NCBI GenBank assembly: GCA_937923965.1
Contig: CALDTL010000021.1
Coordinates: 3,431-67,430 of the forward strand
Length of the DNA: 64,000 nt
Origin: an uncultured Caulobacterales bacterium
GTDB lineage: Bacteria > Pseudomonadota > Alphaproteobacteria > Caulobacterales > Maricaulaceae
Direction: 5' to 3'
Made by a program: the position numbers and the translations under genes. Of this stretch, positions 30,531-39,788 are shown piece after piece (the first letter of the stretch is position 1; the number at the start of each line of letters is the position of its first letter). The notes under the pieces were generated by a model. The model was not told the origin of the DNA and made no database searches. It was given only the letters and a program-made list of their open reading frames with translations.

Positions 30531-31103
30531 ATGGCTGTGAAAAAAATCTTATTCCCAATTCTAATGATTATCTTTGTCGTCGGCGGCGCCGTGGCAGGTG
30601 ATTTTGTCAAAAATATGGGGGGGGATTCGTCGGCTACGGATGACGCGAAAGGGTCCAAGAAAAAGGCCGATAGCCACAGCAAGTCCAATAAAAAGAAGGA
30701 CGACGGTCATGGTAAGGAGAGTAACAAGAAGAAAAAATCTAAGGATTCTGATCATGGGGATGATACAAGCGCTTATGGCCAAACAACCTATTTGAAGTTT
30801 AATCGACAATTCGTTGTGCCGGTCATGTCAAATGGTAAAATTAGCGCGCTGGTTATCATGAATTTGAATTTAGAGCTCGACTCGAATGCACCAGACAATG
30901 CCTATACGTTTGAACCAAAATTACGGGACGCGATCACACGCGAGTTGTTGGCGCTATCTAATGATGGTGCGTTTGGAAAAAATTTAACGAGCGCGGAAAC
31001 TTACGAAAACATTCGCCGAACATTATTGTCCGCGAGTAAAGTCGTCATTCCAGATGGGGTCCACGATATCCTCATCCTAGATTTAGCGCGCCAAGAGCAA
31101 TAA
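30531..31103 (+). CDS. fliL: Second FliL-like protein with Lys/Asp/His-rich linker
   Basis: N-terminal TM; YLKFNRQFVVP, EPKLRDAI, DILILDLARQ. Confidence 0.7.
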   Translation: MAVKKILFPILMIIFVVGGAVAGDFVKNMGGDSSATDDAKGSKKKADSHSKSNKKKDDGHGKESNKKKKSKDSDHGDDTSAYGQTTYLKFNRQFVVPVMSNGKISALVIMNLNLELDSNAPDNAYTFEPKLRDAITRELLALSNDGAFGKNLTSAETYENIRRTLLSASKVVIPDGVHDILILDLARQEQ

Positions 31104-31128
31104 ATCCGGCGGGCTAAATTCATGTATT

Positions 31129-31491
31129 CTAGTCTTTGGATTCAGGTCCGACTTTGCTTTGAGTCTCCTGCGTCGTGGCATATGCAGATTGCGCTAATAA
31201 TGCGGCGATGTTTTCTAGCTCCGCGTTGCCTTTCGCTTGCAATTCCAAATTCGTAAAAGTGGCGAGCTGTTCGACGAATTGCGTGGAGTCCAAAGGCGCA
31301 AGAGGGTCTTGATTTCGAATTTGCGCCGTTAATAGGGTTAGAAACGTGGAGAACTCTTCGCCATTCGTATCCGTCGCACTTGCCAAAGATGGTGACGTGT
31401 CTGTTTCTGAAACCTCTGGGGCGTCTTTCAGGAATGAGGGTCGGCTTGAGTCTTGACCCGTTGTCAGGGCGACGAGGCTTTGAATATTCAT
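31129..31491 (-). CDS. flgD: Hook capping protein FlgD (short form)
   Basis: EFSTFLTLLTAQIRNQDPLAPLDSTQFVEQLATF. Confidence 0.92.
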   Translation of the reverse strand: MNIQSLVALTTGQDSSRPSFLKDAPEVSETDTSPSLASATDTNGEEFSTFLTLLTAQIRNQDPLAPLDSTQFVEQLATFTNLELQAKGNAELENIAALLAQSAYATTQETQSKVGPESKD

Positions 31492-31500
31492 TTTAGGCTC

Positions 31501-32856
31501 CTAGAGTTTCAAATCGATATTGGAATTTGAGAATGTTTGACGGCGATGCGTTATGTCTGGGGCGTTGCCGAGAGTTTCAGGGTCCGACGACGCAGACTGA
31601 TATAACATGGGTGACGTTTCTTCCTGATCAAAATTGAAACCCTTGTTTTTTGACTGATCATTTTGTTCAAAACTCAAGGTGACGGAGTTAAATCCGCTAT
31701 CCTTCAAAGCCTCAAGAAGAAAGTCCGCATTATGTTTCAATAAGGCCGCCGTTTCTGGGATTTCGGACCGGACAACAGCCGATACGCTGCGGTCGGTATT
31801 GAATTGGAAATCCAAAAACACGCGCCCCATCTCCGGTGGGTTCAACCGAATAGAGATACCAGATTGTGTTTCCCCGACTTGGGCCAATGTTGTCGCGACA
31901 GTTTGAACTGCAGGATGATGTATGTTGGATGGGGCAACAATGATCTGGGGTGAAACCGTTTTCGCTGCGTTAAGAGAGTTTGTTTGATTTGTGAGTCCCG
32001 CCATCGAACTGCGCTCCAGCGTAATTTTTTCTAAACTATCCATCAAATTTGCTGACCCTTCTATGCTTGGGATATCCGGCGTTAAAGTCGGGGGTTGCAC
32101 AGAGGGGTGCGATAGGGTGGTATTCCCCTGCGCTGTTACAAGAGCGCTTTTTGGGAGTTTCTCGAGAGGCGTTTCTAACTTAACTTCCCCAGATAATGGC
32201 CCGTCTCTCGGCGTAGTTTGCTGCGAGCCCGATTTATTTAATGGAACCTCAGCCGGCGTATCTTTTATTGTGAGTAGAGTCGAATTTTTGCCATCATAGT
32301 CGTGACGAGGCAGGGCTGGCTGTGAAGCTAGGTTTTCAGATTGTTTGATCCCGGTTGAATTTGTTATGTCGTCGCCTTCCGCGAGTCTCTGCATCAGAGG
32401 GGCTGGAATGATATGTTTTTTCGCCAAAGATTCGTTCAAGGGCAAATTTGTTTGGATAACCCCATGTTGCGCTATGTCCTGCGCCTTTACGTCAGTTATA
32501 TTGTGAGATTGCGCTGGAGCGTCCGTCACAAGTGTCGCGTCAGGCGGTGTGGACGTTTTCTGGCTCGAATTTGTTAGTTCCAAGGCCAAAGTCGTGGGAA
32601 TAGTCGCATGTTCCATAAGGATGGGGTTTGCCTCGCCTTCGATATTGACTGAAGTTTGTAGGCCAGCTGAATCATTAAATTGAAAGTCAAAAGAGCTGAC
32701 TCCATTTTGATGGTCTTCAATGGCGTTCTCGATGTTAAGAGGTGTGATGCCGTCGTCAGGACTTTCAGCATTTGATTGAAGTTTGCTAGTCGGAAACTCC
32801 GAATGAGCGCTGCGCGTGGGAAGCTGGGGAACAGAGGGTTTTGAAAAATTATTCAC
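31501..32856 (-). CDS. fliK: Hook-length control protein FliK
   Basis: Long Pro/Thr/Ser-rich region; C-terminal IRLNPPEMGRV...EALKDSGF; GTG start. Confidence 0.88.
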   Translation of the reverse strand: MNNFSKPSVPQLPTRSAHSEFPTSKLQSNAESPDDGITPLNIENAIEDHQNGVSSFDFQFNDSAGLQTSVNIEGEANPILMEHATIPTTLALELTNSSQKTSTPPDATLVTDAPAQSHNITDVKAQDIAQHGVIQTNLPLNESLAKKHIIPAPLMQRLAEGDDITNSTGIKQSENLASQPALPRHDYDGKNSTLLTIKDTPAEVPLNKSGSQQTTPRDGPLSGEVKLETPLEKLPKSALVTAQGNTTLSHPSVQPPTLTPDIPSIEGSANLMDSLEKITLERSSMAGLTNQTNSLNAAKTVSPQIIVAPSNIHHPAVQTVATTLAQVGETQSGISIRLNPPEMGRVFLDFQFNTDRSVSAVVRSEIPETAALLKHNADFLLEALKDSGFNSVTLSFEQNDQSKNKGFNFDQEETSPMLYQSASSDPETLGNAPDITHRRQTFSNSNIDLKL

Positions 32857-32881
32857 TGCAACCTGAAATAGTGAAAAATGG

Positions 32882-32897
32882 TTTACTAATCCTTTAC
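32882..32897 (+). promoter_or_regulatory. CtrA-like box in fliK/flgJ divergent region
   Basis: TTTA-CTAATCC-TTTAC, two mismatches. Confidence 0.3.
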
Positions 32898-32934
32898 GTG
32901 TAAAAAATAAAGTCTCTAAAAATAGGAGATTTTT

Positions 32935-33288
32935 ATGGTGCCTTCTTTAACTTTGTTGTCCGGCCTCGGTCTCCCATCTGGAACCGGTGTTATCGAAACG
33001 ACGACACCATCAGAGCCGGAAAAGGAAGCCGGTCTTCGTAAATCCGCCCAAGAGTTTGAAGCGGCTTTTATCGGACAGATGCTCACGTTTAGCGGATTAG
33101 ATAAAGCCCTAATGTCTGGTGGTGGCGAAGATGTATCTGCGTTTACCAGTTTCTATATAGAAAGCTTCTCCGAACAAATTGCGGAGAAGGGCGGTTTTGG
33201 CCTGGCTGAAAGTTTCTATGATCGTCTTTCAAAAATTGATCAACTTGAAAACAGTCAAAAAAATTTAAAAGAAACGGGGACATCGTAA
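32935..33288 (+). CDS. flgJ: FlgJ rod-binding domain protein (no muramidase domain)
   Basis: LRKSAQEFEAAFIGQML, GGFGLAE; 117 aa. Confidence 0.85.
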   Translation: MVPSLTLLSGLGLPSGTGVIETTTPSEPEKEAGLRKSAQEFEAAFIGQMLTFSGLDKALMSGGGEDVSAFTSFYIESFSEQIAEKGGFGLAESFYDRLSKIDQLENSQKNLKETGTS

Positions 33289-33675
33289 ATGTCGACTTTG
33301 GTAAATTGTAACGTCAAAATTTCTCAAATCATCTACATCTTGAAGACTGAAGCCAAACTCCTAAGCAAAGGACGATTAGAGGGACTCGAAGAAATTGTTC
33401 TTCAGAAAACTGAGCGTCTTGCTGAACTTGAGCGTCTCATGTCGGATTTGAAAGATAGAGAAGATATAAATCGTGTTGCTCCGCAAATCGATAAATTGAG
33501 ACGATTGGCAAATGAAAATGGAATTATATTGAAGAGCGTAATGAACGGTCTTCGGTCTGCGCGTCAACGTCTGCAAGCGCTTCAACACCTAGAGTCTAAT
33601 ATTGGCGCCTATGATAGAAAAGGTAGCACGTTGTTTCTATCGGGGAGTCACACGCGTGCCGAAAAAAAAGTGTGA
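33289..33675 (+). CDS. flgN: FlgN-like export chaperone
   Basis: Helical protein with LEEIVLQKTERLAEL, LRRLANENGIIL, AYDRKG; position between flgJ and flagellin. Confidence 0.7.
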   Translation: MSTLVNCNVKISQIIYILKTEAKLLSKGRLEGLEEIVLQKTERLAELERLMSDLKDREDINRVAPQIDKLRRLANENGIILKSVMNGLRSARQRLQALQHLESNIGAYDRKGSTLFLSGSHTRAEKKV

Positions 33676-33878
33676 TTTAACAGGTTATTATTATTTGGTG
33701 TGTATCAAGAGGTGCAATCCAGGAAGGGTTGCGCTTGCCGCGTTCGGTTTCATTCGATCAGCCGCAAGCAAAAATGTCAGGATGACTTAGTTTGTTGCAC
33801 TTTATTGAGGTGTGATGGTGTTGAGGTTCTTTCGATCTCATAATTTTTATAAGCGCAAAGCGCATACAGGAAAAACTT

Positions 33879-35078
33879 ATGTCTAGTATTCTAACAAATA
33901 GCAGTGCCATGGTGGCTCTTGATACTCTCCGCGGTATCAACAACAATCTTGAGTCTGTTCAATCTGAAATTTCAACCGGTAAGAAAGTCTCCACGGCTAA
34001 AGATAATGCAGCCATTTGGGCGATCTCTACTGTCATGTCGACAGATGTTGAAAGCTTCGATCAAATCTCTGACAGCTTGAACCTCGGTTCTGCAACAGTT
34101 GGTGTAGCGCGGGCCGCTTCAGAGCAAGTCACAGACCTTCTGCAAGATATGAAGAGCTTAATCGTTTCCGCTCAAGAGGAAAACGTTGACCGGACGAAAA
34201 TTCAAACAGACATCTCCGAGCTCACAGCTCAGATCGGATCTGTTGTAGGGGCCGCGCAGTTCAATGGTCAAAACCTGCTCAATTCAGCCGGTAGCATCAA
34301 CATCCTATCTTCTCTTGACCGAGCCGCCGATGGGACCGTCACAGCCTCACAAATCAATGTTAGTCGTGAGAATTTGACGACAAACGCAGCTGTTGCGGGA
34401 ACTGACGCTCTCGAAGCCGGTAACGGGGGTACAGCCACGATTACAGGTGGTGGTCCCGTTGCGGATGCTGGTACGGCGACCGTTGCGATTGCTGCCGGTG
34501 CAAATGGTGTTGTTGAGGGCACCACAACTTCATTTGACGTTGCCGGAACGACTGTATCTTACACGTCCGGAGCTGGCGATACCAACGAAGATGTCGCTGC
34601 GGGCTTAGCAGCCGCAGCAAACGCTTTGAATGACGGAGCTGGTATCACGGGTTTCACGATCTCAGCAGCGACAGACACGGTGAGCATTGTCAATAACACC
34701 GGTGCAGACGCAACCATTGATAATGCGACTGTGTTCCAAGGCGGGGAACAAGCTGGTGCATTAGCAGGTATTGATAGCATTGATGTCACGACCAATGAAG
34801 GTGCGTCCGAAGCGCTGACAAATATCGAAGGCTTCCTACAGTCTGCGATTGATGCAGCCGCTAATTTCGGTTCGAAGCAAACACGTATTGATAACCAAGT
34901 TGAATTTGTTTCCTCACTGACTGACTCTTTGAAGACAGGTATTGGCGCACTGACAGATGCTGATATGGAAGAGGCCTCCGCGCGTCTTCAGTCTTTGCAG
35001 GTTCAGCAGCAGCTCGGCGTGCAGGCCCTGTCGATTGCGAACTCCGGTCCGCAACAACTTCTCTCCCTCTTCCGATAG
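33879..35078 (+). CDS. fliC: Flagellin
   Basis: MSSILTNSSAMVAL, ISTGKKV..AKDNAAIWAI, AQFNGQNLL, DADMEEASARLQSLQVQQQLGVQALSIAN. Confidence 0.98.
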   Translation: MSSILTNSSAMVALDTLRGINNNLESVQSEISTGKKVSTAKDNAAIWAISTVMSTDVESFDQISDSLNLGSATVGVARAASEQVTDLLQDMKSLIVSAQEENVDRTKIQTDISELTAQIGSVVGAAQFNGQNLLNSAGSINILSSLDRAADGTVTASQINVSRENLTTNAAVAGTDALEAGNGGTATITGGGPVADAGTATVAIAAGANGVVEGTTTSFDVAGTTVSYTSGAGDTNEDVAAGLAAAANALNDGAGITGFTISAATDTVSIVNNTGADATIDNATVFQGGEQAGALAGIDSIDVTTNEGASEALTNIEGFLQSAIDAAANFGSKQTRIDNQVEFVSSLTDSLKTGIGALTDADMEEASARLQSLQVQQQLGVQALSIANSGPQQLLSLFR

Positions 35079-35096
35079 AACGGATTGAGTGAATTA

Positions 35097-35129
35097 GACG
35101 GGAGCGGACAACGCTCCCGTCGCCTTTTT
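35097..35129 (+). terminator. Intrinsic terminator after flagellin
   Basis: Perfect 10-bp stem GACGGGAGCG/CGCTCCCGTC, loop GACAA, then GCCTTTTT. Confidence 0.8.
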
Positions 35130-35161
35130 CAATACACGGTCAGTAACGTCAGGTCTTAAAA

Positions 35162-35584
35162 ATGAACAGCTATCATGCCCAACAGGGTTATAAAACTGTG
35201 CAACGCGAAATGAACTCAGACAAGGCGATCGAGCTTAAAGTTTTCATCTCTATTACATCATCATTGAGCCAAGTTGACCCCAAGGAAATCGGAGGCACGG
35301 CGGCTTTGGCTCAGGCCCTCGTTGAAAATGCCAAGCTTTGGAAAATTCTTTTTATTGATCTGGTGAACCCCAATAATCCGATGTCGATGGATTTAAAACA
35401 AAACCTAATTTCCCTCGCTGAGTTCACCCAACTCCATACGTTAAAAGTTTTGGCTGGCGAGGCTGACCACCAGATTTTGATTGACATAAATAAATCAGTG
35501 ATATCCGGATTGCGAGAAAGCTCACGATTGAGTTTAGCGCCTAAGTCAGCGGAAGCAGCTCCCATCATGCAAGAGGCAGTGTAG
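35162..35584 (+). CDS. flaF: Flagellar regulator FlaF
   Basis: LVENAKLWKILFIDLVNPNN...LKQNLISLAEF, LIDINKSVISGL. Confidence 0.88.
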   Translation: MNSYHAQQGYKTVQREMNSDKAIELKVFISITSSLSQVDPKEIGGTAALAQALVENAKLWKILFIDLVNPNNPMSMDLKQNLISLAEFTQLHTLKVLAGEADHQILIDINKSVISGLRESSRLSLAPKSAEAAPIMQEAV

Positions 35585-35587
35585 AAA

Positions 35588-36043
35588 ATGGCCGGATTAG
35601 TTTTAAGTTTAAAAGCGAATGAAAAATTCTTGGTCAACGGCGCTCTGTTGAGCAACGGTCCGAAGCGAGGGCAAATCTGTGTAGATGGTGACGGCGTGAA
35701 TGTCCTGCGAATGAGTGACGTTATTCATCCCAATGATGTCAACACACCTGTTCGGCGCGTTTATTACGCGACGCAAATTATTCTGTCTGGTGACGTCGGT
35801 TTCATCGAAATAGAATCTGAGATCAAAGAAGGCCTTGAGGGGCTTGCAATTGTTTTCGAAGGGACTGCCTTCGCGAAAAATATTGCCAAGGCCCAGAAGG
35901 CTGCGACGAATAATCGGTATTATTCGGTCTTATGTGCTTTGAAGCCGCTCCTAAAAGTTGAGGAAGACCTGCTAGAAAAAACGCGCTCTAAATTTGCCGC
36001 GTTGGAGGCAAACTCTCAGATAATACGAGCGATGGCGAGTTAG
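35588..36043 (+). CDS. flbT: Flagellin translational regulator FlbT
   Basis: GLVLSLKANEKFLVNGA.L.NG, VNTPVRRVYY..Q, YSVLCALKPLL. Confidence 0.9.
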   Translation: MAGLVLSLKANEKFLVNGALLSNGPKRGQICVDGDGVNVLRMSDVIHPNDVNTPVRRVYYATQIILSGDVGFIEIESEIKEGLEGLAIVFEGTAFAKNIAKAQKAATNNRYYSVLCALKPLLKVEEDLLEKTRSKFAALEANSQIIRAMAS

Positions 36044-36051
36044 CCCGCCAC

Positions 36052-36885
36052 ATGGCTTTCTCACCCATCATACCTGTGTCCGGACTTGCCGGTTGGAATT
36101 ATCTTAAAACGACGCTTGACTCGCAGTCAGAGATTTTCAACCGATCACCTGAAATTCAGAGGGATGTCGATTATTTTACAGAGAATATTGGTAATGTAGA
36201 AACCTTGGACGACCTAATGTCCGACCGACAACTCCTAAGAGTCGCGCTCGGCGCTTTTGGCCTGAGTGACGAAATTAATAAAGGCGCATTTGTCCGAAAA
36301 GTTCTCGAGGAGGGCACAGCAGATAGTTCGAGTTTCGCTGTCCGCCTAAATAATTCTGATTACCTAGATATGGCCAATATGTTTGCCGTTGGAGACGATG
36401 GTCAGCTGAGTATTTCCGCTGATCAAGCCGCAGAAATCACCAGAGGTTATCAAGATGAGGCTTTTGAGGTTGAATTAGGTGAAGTCGATAATTCAATGCG
36501 GCTGGCTCTTAATTTCACCCGCGAGATTGAAGAGCTTGCAAATGACGGATTATCCGAAAATGCCGGTTGGTTTAAAGCAATGGCCTCGGTCCCCATGCGG
36601 ACAGTTCTGGAGGGGGCGTTCAATTTACCTGAGAGCTTTTCCGCACTCGATGTCGACCGTCAGAAAGATATTTTATCAGATAAGGCGAATGATCTCTTTG
36701 GCGGTAAAACAATAGATGTTTTCAAGGACCCAGAAGTTATTGAGACGGCCGTGAGTCGTTACCTTTTAAGGGAGCAAATCGAGTCTGGACCGTCTGCACT
36801 GACACCTGGATTCGCTGCTCTCTCCCTTTTGGGCGGCGGCTTGGGAAGTGCTGGCATCACGAATTTATTGCTTTCAAACGCCTAA
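36052..36885 (+). CDS. DUF1217 family flagellar-associated protein
   Basis: SGLAGWNYL, RDVDYF.ENI, LRVALGAFGL, GEVDNSMRLALNF, VLEGAFNLP..F..LDVDRQ. Confidence 0.85.
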   Translation: MAFSPIIPVSGLAGWNYLKTTLDSQSEIFNRSPEIQRDVDYFTENIGNVETLDDLMSDRQLLRVALGAFGLSDEINKGAFVRKVLEEGTADSSSFAVRLNNSDYLDMANMFAVGDDGQLSISADQAAEITRGYQDEAFEVELGEVDNSMRLALNFTREIEELANDGLSENAGWFKAMASVPMRTVLEGAFNLPESFSALDVDRQKDILSDKANDLFGGKTIDVFKDPEVIETAVSRYLLREQIESGPSALTPGFAALSLLGGGLGSAGITNLLLSNA

Positions 36886-38261
36886 CTCCCCGCTGGCGCT
36901 TGGGTTGGTGCAGGTATATTCTCCGTGGACGGATTAAGTATTTTCTTAAGTTTAGTGAAATTTACCTCGATATTAGCGGGCTCAATTTCGCTGACAAATG
37001 CATCCAGGGCAGGATAAACGCTGATCGCTTTATCTAAGGCTGGGTCTGTTCCTGCAACATATAAGCCGGCCTGGATCATCGTCTGAGACTCCTCAAAAAG
37101 CCGAATAAACTTACGAGCCTGTTGCAGATCCTTGTTTTCATCTTCCGATGCAGCATCTGGTAATGAGCGAGAAATACTTCGAGGTATATTGATAGCAGGG
37201 TATCTGCCGCGCTCTGCAATTTCGCGGTCTAAAATAATGTGTCCATCAAGAATACCGCGCACCATGTCGGCAATCGGCTCTTCCATATTCGAGCCCGCGA
37301 CTAGAACGCTAAACACGCCAGTGATATCTCCTGTCGAATCAATACCGGGCCCCGCTCTTTCGCAAAGCGAAGCCAGCGCACCGAATGTGGAGGGAGGATA
37401 AGCGCGAAGCGAAGGAACTTCACCCGCGGTCAAAGCCACGTCGCGGTGAGCTTCTGCATACCGAGTAATGGAGTCAAAAAGGAAAAGAACTTGCTTACCT
37501 TGGTCGCGGAAATATTCTGCCGTCGCCATCGCGAGTAACGCCGTGCGAAGTTTCAAGGCTGATAACTCATCCGACGTCGCGACGAATAAAATGGTTTTTT
37601 TCATACCGTCAGGGCCAAGCGTTTTTTCAACAAAACTCCGAACCTCGCGCCCGCGCTCTCCGATGAGCGCAACAATATTTACATCTGCGTTGCTTCCCTT
37701 GGCTAATGATCCCAGCAGAGTGGATTTACCAACGCCAGATCCGGCAAAAAGTCCGACCCTTTGCCCCTGACAGAGCGGTAAAAAGGTATCAATGGCCGTG
37801 ACACCGGTTTGAAGTCTCTGCCCGAGCGCTTTGCGTAAAACCGCAGCCGGGGGCTTTGCGCGAAGTGGAGCGGGGCTTGATCCTGATAAGGGAAGCTGTC
37901 CTTCAATTGTTTGGCCAGCGTGATTTAAGACGTGGCCAATCCAATCCTCTGACGGGTGAGGCAGCACATCTTCGATGATGTGCGCGCGCTGGCCTATTCG
38001 AATGCCAAATGGGTTGCCGTGCATCATTGCGACACTGAATCCATCTTGTAACGAGATGATCTCGCCTTTCAGCTTTAAATCCTCACGAACCGTGACAGCG
38101 ATCAAATCACCGAGGCAAATTGAACCGGTTAAGCCAGCAATACGAATAGATTGCGCGTCGACCTGACACACTTTTCCCCAAACAGATTTCGCCGGACGCG
38201 GGGTTGCCTCAATTACATTTCTTTCAAACTCGGTTCTGAAAACGGTTGGGGAAGATTGCAT
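36882..38261 (-). CDS. fliI: Flagellar export ATPase FliI
   Basis: Walker A GSGVGKS, LIGERGREVR, FDSITRYA, LCERAG, DGHIILDR.IAERGRYPA. Confidence 0.97.
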   Translation of the reverse strand: MQSSPTVFRTEFERNVIEATPRPAKSVWGKVCQVDAQSIRIAGLTGSICLGDLIAVTVREDLKLKGEIISLQDGFSVAMMHGNPFGIRIGQRAHIIEDVLPHPSEDWIGHVLNHAGQTIEGQLPLSGSSPAPLRAKPPAAVLRKALGQRLQTGVTAIDTFLPLCQGQRVGLFAGSGVGKSTLLGSLAKGSNADVNIVALIGERGREVRSFVEKTLGPDGMKKTILFVATSDELSALKLRTALLAMATAEYFRDQGKQVLFLFDSITRYAEAHRDVALTAGEVPSLRAYPPSTFGALASLCERAGPGIDSTGDITGVFSVLVAGSNMEEPIADMVRGILDGHIILDREIAERGRYPAINIPRSISRSLPDAASEDENKDLQQARKFIRLFEESQTMIQAGLYVAGTDPALDKAISVYPALDAFVSEIEPANIEVNFTKLKKILNPSTENIPAPTQAPAGS

Positions 38262-38322
38262 CTGCTTTAACTATAAAAATTCTTGGTTCATTAATACTTC
38301 ATTCAACTATGTGGTGTATTTC

Positions 38323-38338
38323 TTAGTTAATCGTTAAC
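38323..38338 (+). promoter_or_regulatory. CtrA-like box in fliI/flgB divergent region
   Basis: TTAG-TTAATCG-TTAAC, one mismatch. Confidence 0.5.
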
Positions 38339-38362
38339 TATGATGACAAGGATTGTTTCATC

Positions 38363-38725
38363 ATGCTCAGTAATATGAAAATACTCGACACAATGTCGGC
38401 CATGGCAGGGCACGCTGCCGAACGTCACGCGGTCATTGCCAATAATGTTGCTAATGCAGACACGCCGAATTTCAAGGCCCAGGACCTTCAGCCATTTTCA
38501 GAAATTTTCCTAACCTCAGTTCTCCAGCCGGAAAACATAAAATCCATACAAGGTCGCCTAATCGAAATGGATGCAGGGGATATTTCGTCACCAAATGGGA
38601 ACACTGTTTCACTGGAGCAGCAGATGATGCTCTCCACTGAAAACAAGGCGAACCACGATATGGCTCTCGCGGTTTATAAGAAGTCGTTGAACATGATGAA
38701 GATGGCAATCGGCAAAAATATCTAA
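38363..38725 (+). CDS. flgB: Rod protein FlgB
   Basis: VIANNVANADTPNFKAQD, NGNTVSLEQQM. Confidence 0.95.
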   Translation: MLSNMKILDTMSAMAGHAAERHAVIANNVANADTPNFKAQDLQPFSEIFLTSVLQPENIKSIQGRLIEMDAGDISSPNGNTVSLEQQMMLSTENKANHDMALAVYKKSLNMMKMAIGKNI

Positions 38726-38788
38726 GACCCTTCGGCGCCCGTCAGGATGACGCGTGCCCCCATTCAACATTAAATGCGGGAGGCGTTT

Positions 38789-39187
38789 ATGGGACCAAAT
38801 TCTATTTCAAAAGCAATGTCAGCGGCCAGTAGCGGCATGGATGCACAAGCTTTTCGATTGCGTATAGTCAGCGAAAATCTATCAAATGCGGATACGCATG
38901 GATACCAGAGAAAGCTTGTGACTTTTGACAATCAAATGGAGCAACTTCGGGAGTCGGGCGGTGTTCGCATTGACGACGTCCTCTTAGATCGTAGTCTGGG
39001 CGAGATTTTATTTGATCCCACGCATCCACTTGCCGACGGCGAGGGCTATGTCGCATCATCAAACGTCGATATGATGATTGAGCTTGCGGACGCGCGCGAG
39101 GCTGGCCGGAGCTACGAAGCTAATCTTTCCACATTCAAGCAAGCCGCTCAGATGTATTCTGGCTTGATTGATCTATTGCGCCGGTAG
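38789..39187 (+). CDS. flgC: Rod protein FlgC
   Basis: RIVSENLSNADT, DPTHPLAD.EGYV..SNV, RSYEANL; GGAGG precedes ATG 38789. Confidence 0.95.
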   Translation: MGPNSISKAMSAASSGMDAQAFRLRIVSENLSNADTHGYQRKLVTFDNQMEQLRESGGVRIDDVLLDRSLGEILFDPTHPLADGEGYVASSNVDMMIELADAREAGRSYEANLSTFKQAAQMYSGLIDLLRR

Positions 39188-39196
39188 GAGATTTAC

Positions 39197-39511
39197 ATGG
39201 ACCCTGTCTCGTTAGGTGCTGCGCGTCAGTATCAAATCGCTAAACAAGCTCTCGGGCCAGAAAGCCTCAAGGGCGCCGCAAAAGCCGCAGGAAATGAGGC
39301 TGCGAAATCTCCGATGTCGCAAGGCATTCAGGAGTTTTCGCAGATATTCGAAAAAGTTGAGATTACAACTCAAGCCATGAGCGTGGGGCAGGGCGACGCC
39401 CATGCGGTCGTTGAGGCTATGGCCACTGCTGAGGTGGCATTGGAAACGGCCGTGACAATACGAAATCGGGTCGTTGAAGCGTATCAAGAGTTACTGAGAA
39501 TGCCGGTTTAA
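39197..39511 (+). CDS. fliE: Hook-basal body protein FliE
   Basis: AEVALETAVTIRNRVVEAYQELLRMPV. Confidence 0.93.
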   Translation: MDPVSLGAARQYQIAKQALGPESLKGAAKAAGNEAAKSPMSQGIQEFSQIFEKVEITTQAMSVGQGDAHAVVEAMATAEVALETAVTIRNRVVEAYQELLRMPV

Positions 39512-39777
39512 TGTCCGAAACAGACATCTTATCGGTTCTCCAGGAATTTTTGTGGGGCGCGGCATTGATGGCGTTGCCTCTGTTGGCGGCAGCCCTTATC
39601 GTGGGCTTGGTTGTTGGGTTATTGCAAGCACTGACGGGCATCCAAGAGATGACCCTTACCTTTGTTCCAAAACTCGCTGTCATGTTGCTCGTCTTCTTCA
39701 TTTCCGCCGGATATATGGCCCGTATTTGTGTCAGCCTTTTTGACAATCACGTCATTCCCGTGATCGCCGGAACTTAA
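39511..39777 (+). CDS. fliQ: Export protein FliQ
   Basis: VGLVVGLLQALTGIQEMTLTFVPK. Confidence 0.95.
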   Translation: MSETDILSVLQEFLWGAALMALPLLAAALIVGLVVGLLQALTGIQEMTLTFVPKLAVMLLVFFISAGYMARICVSLFDNHVIPVIAGT

Positions 39778-39788
39778 GCTCGCGCGAT

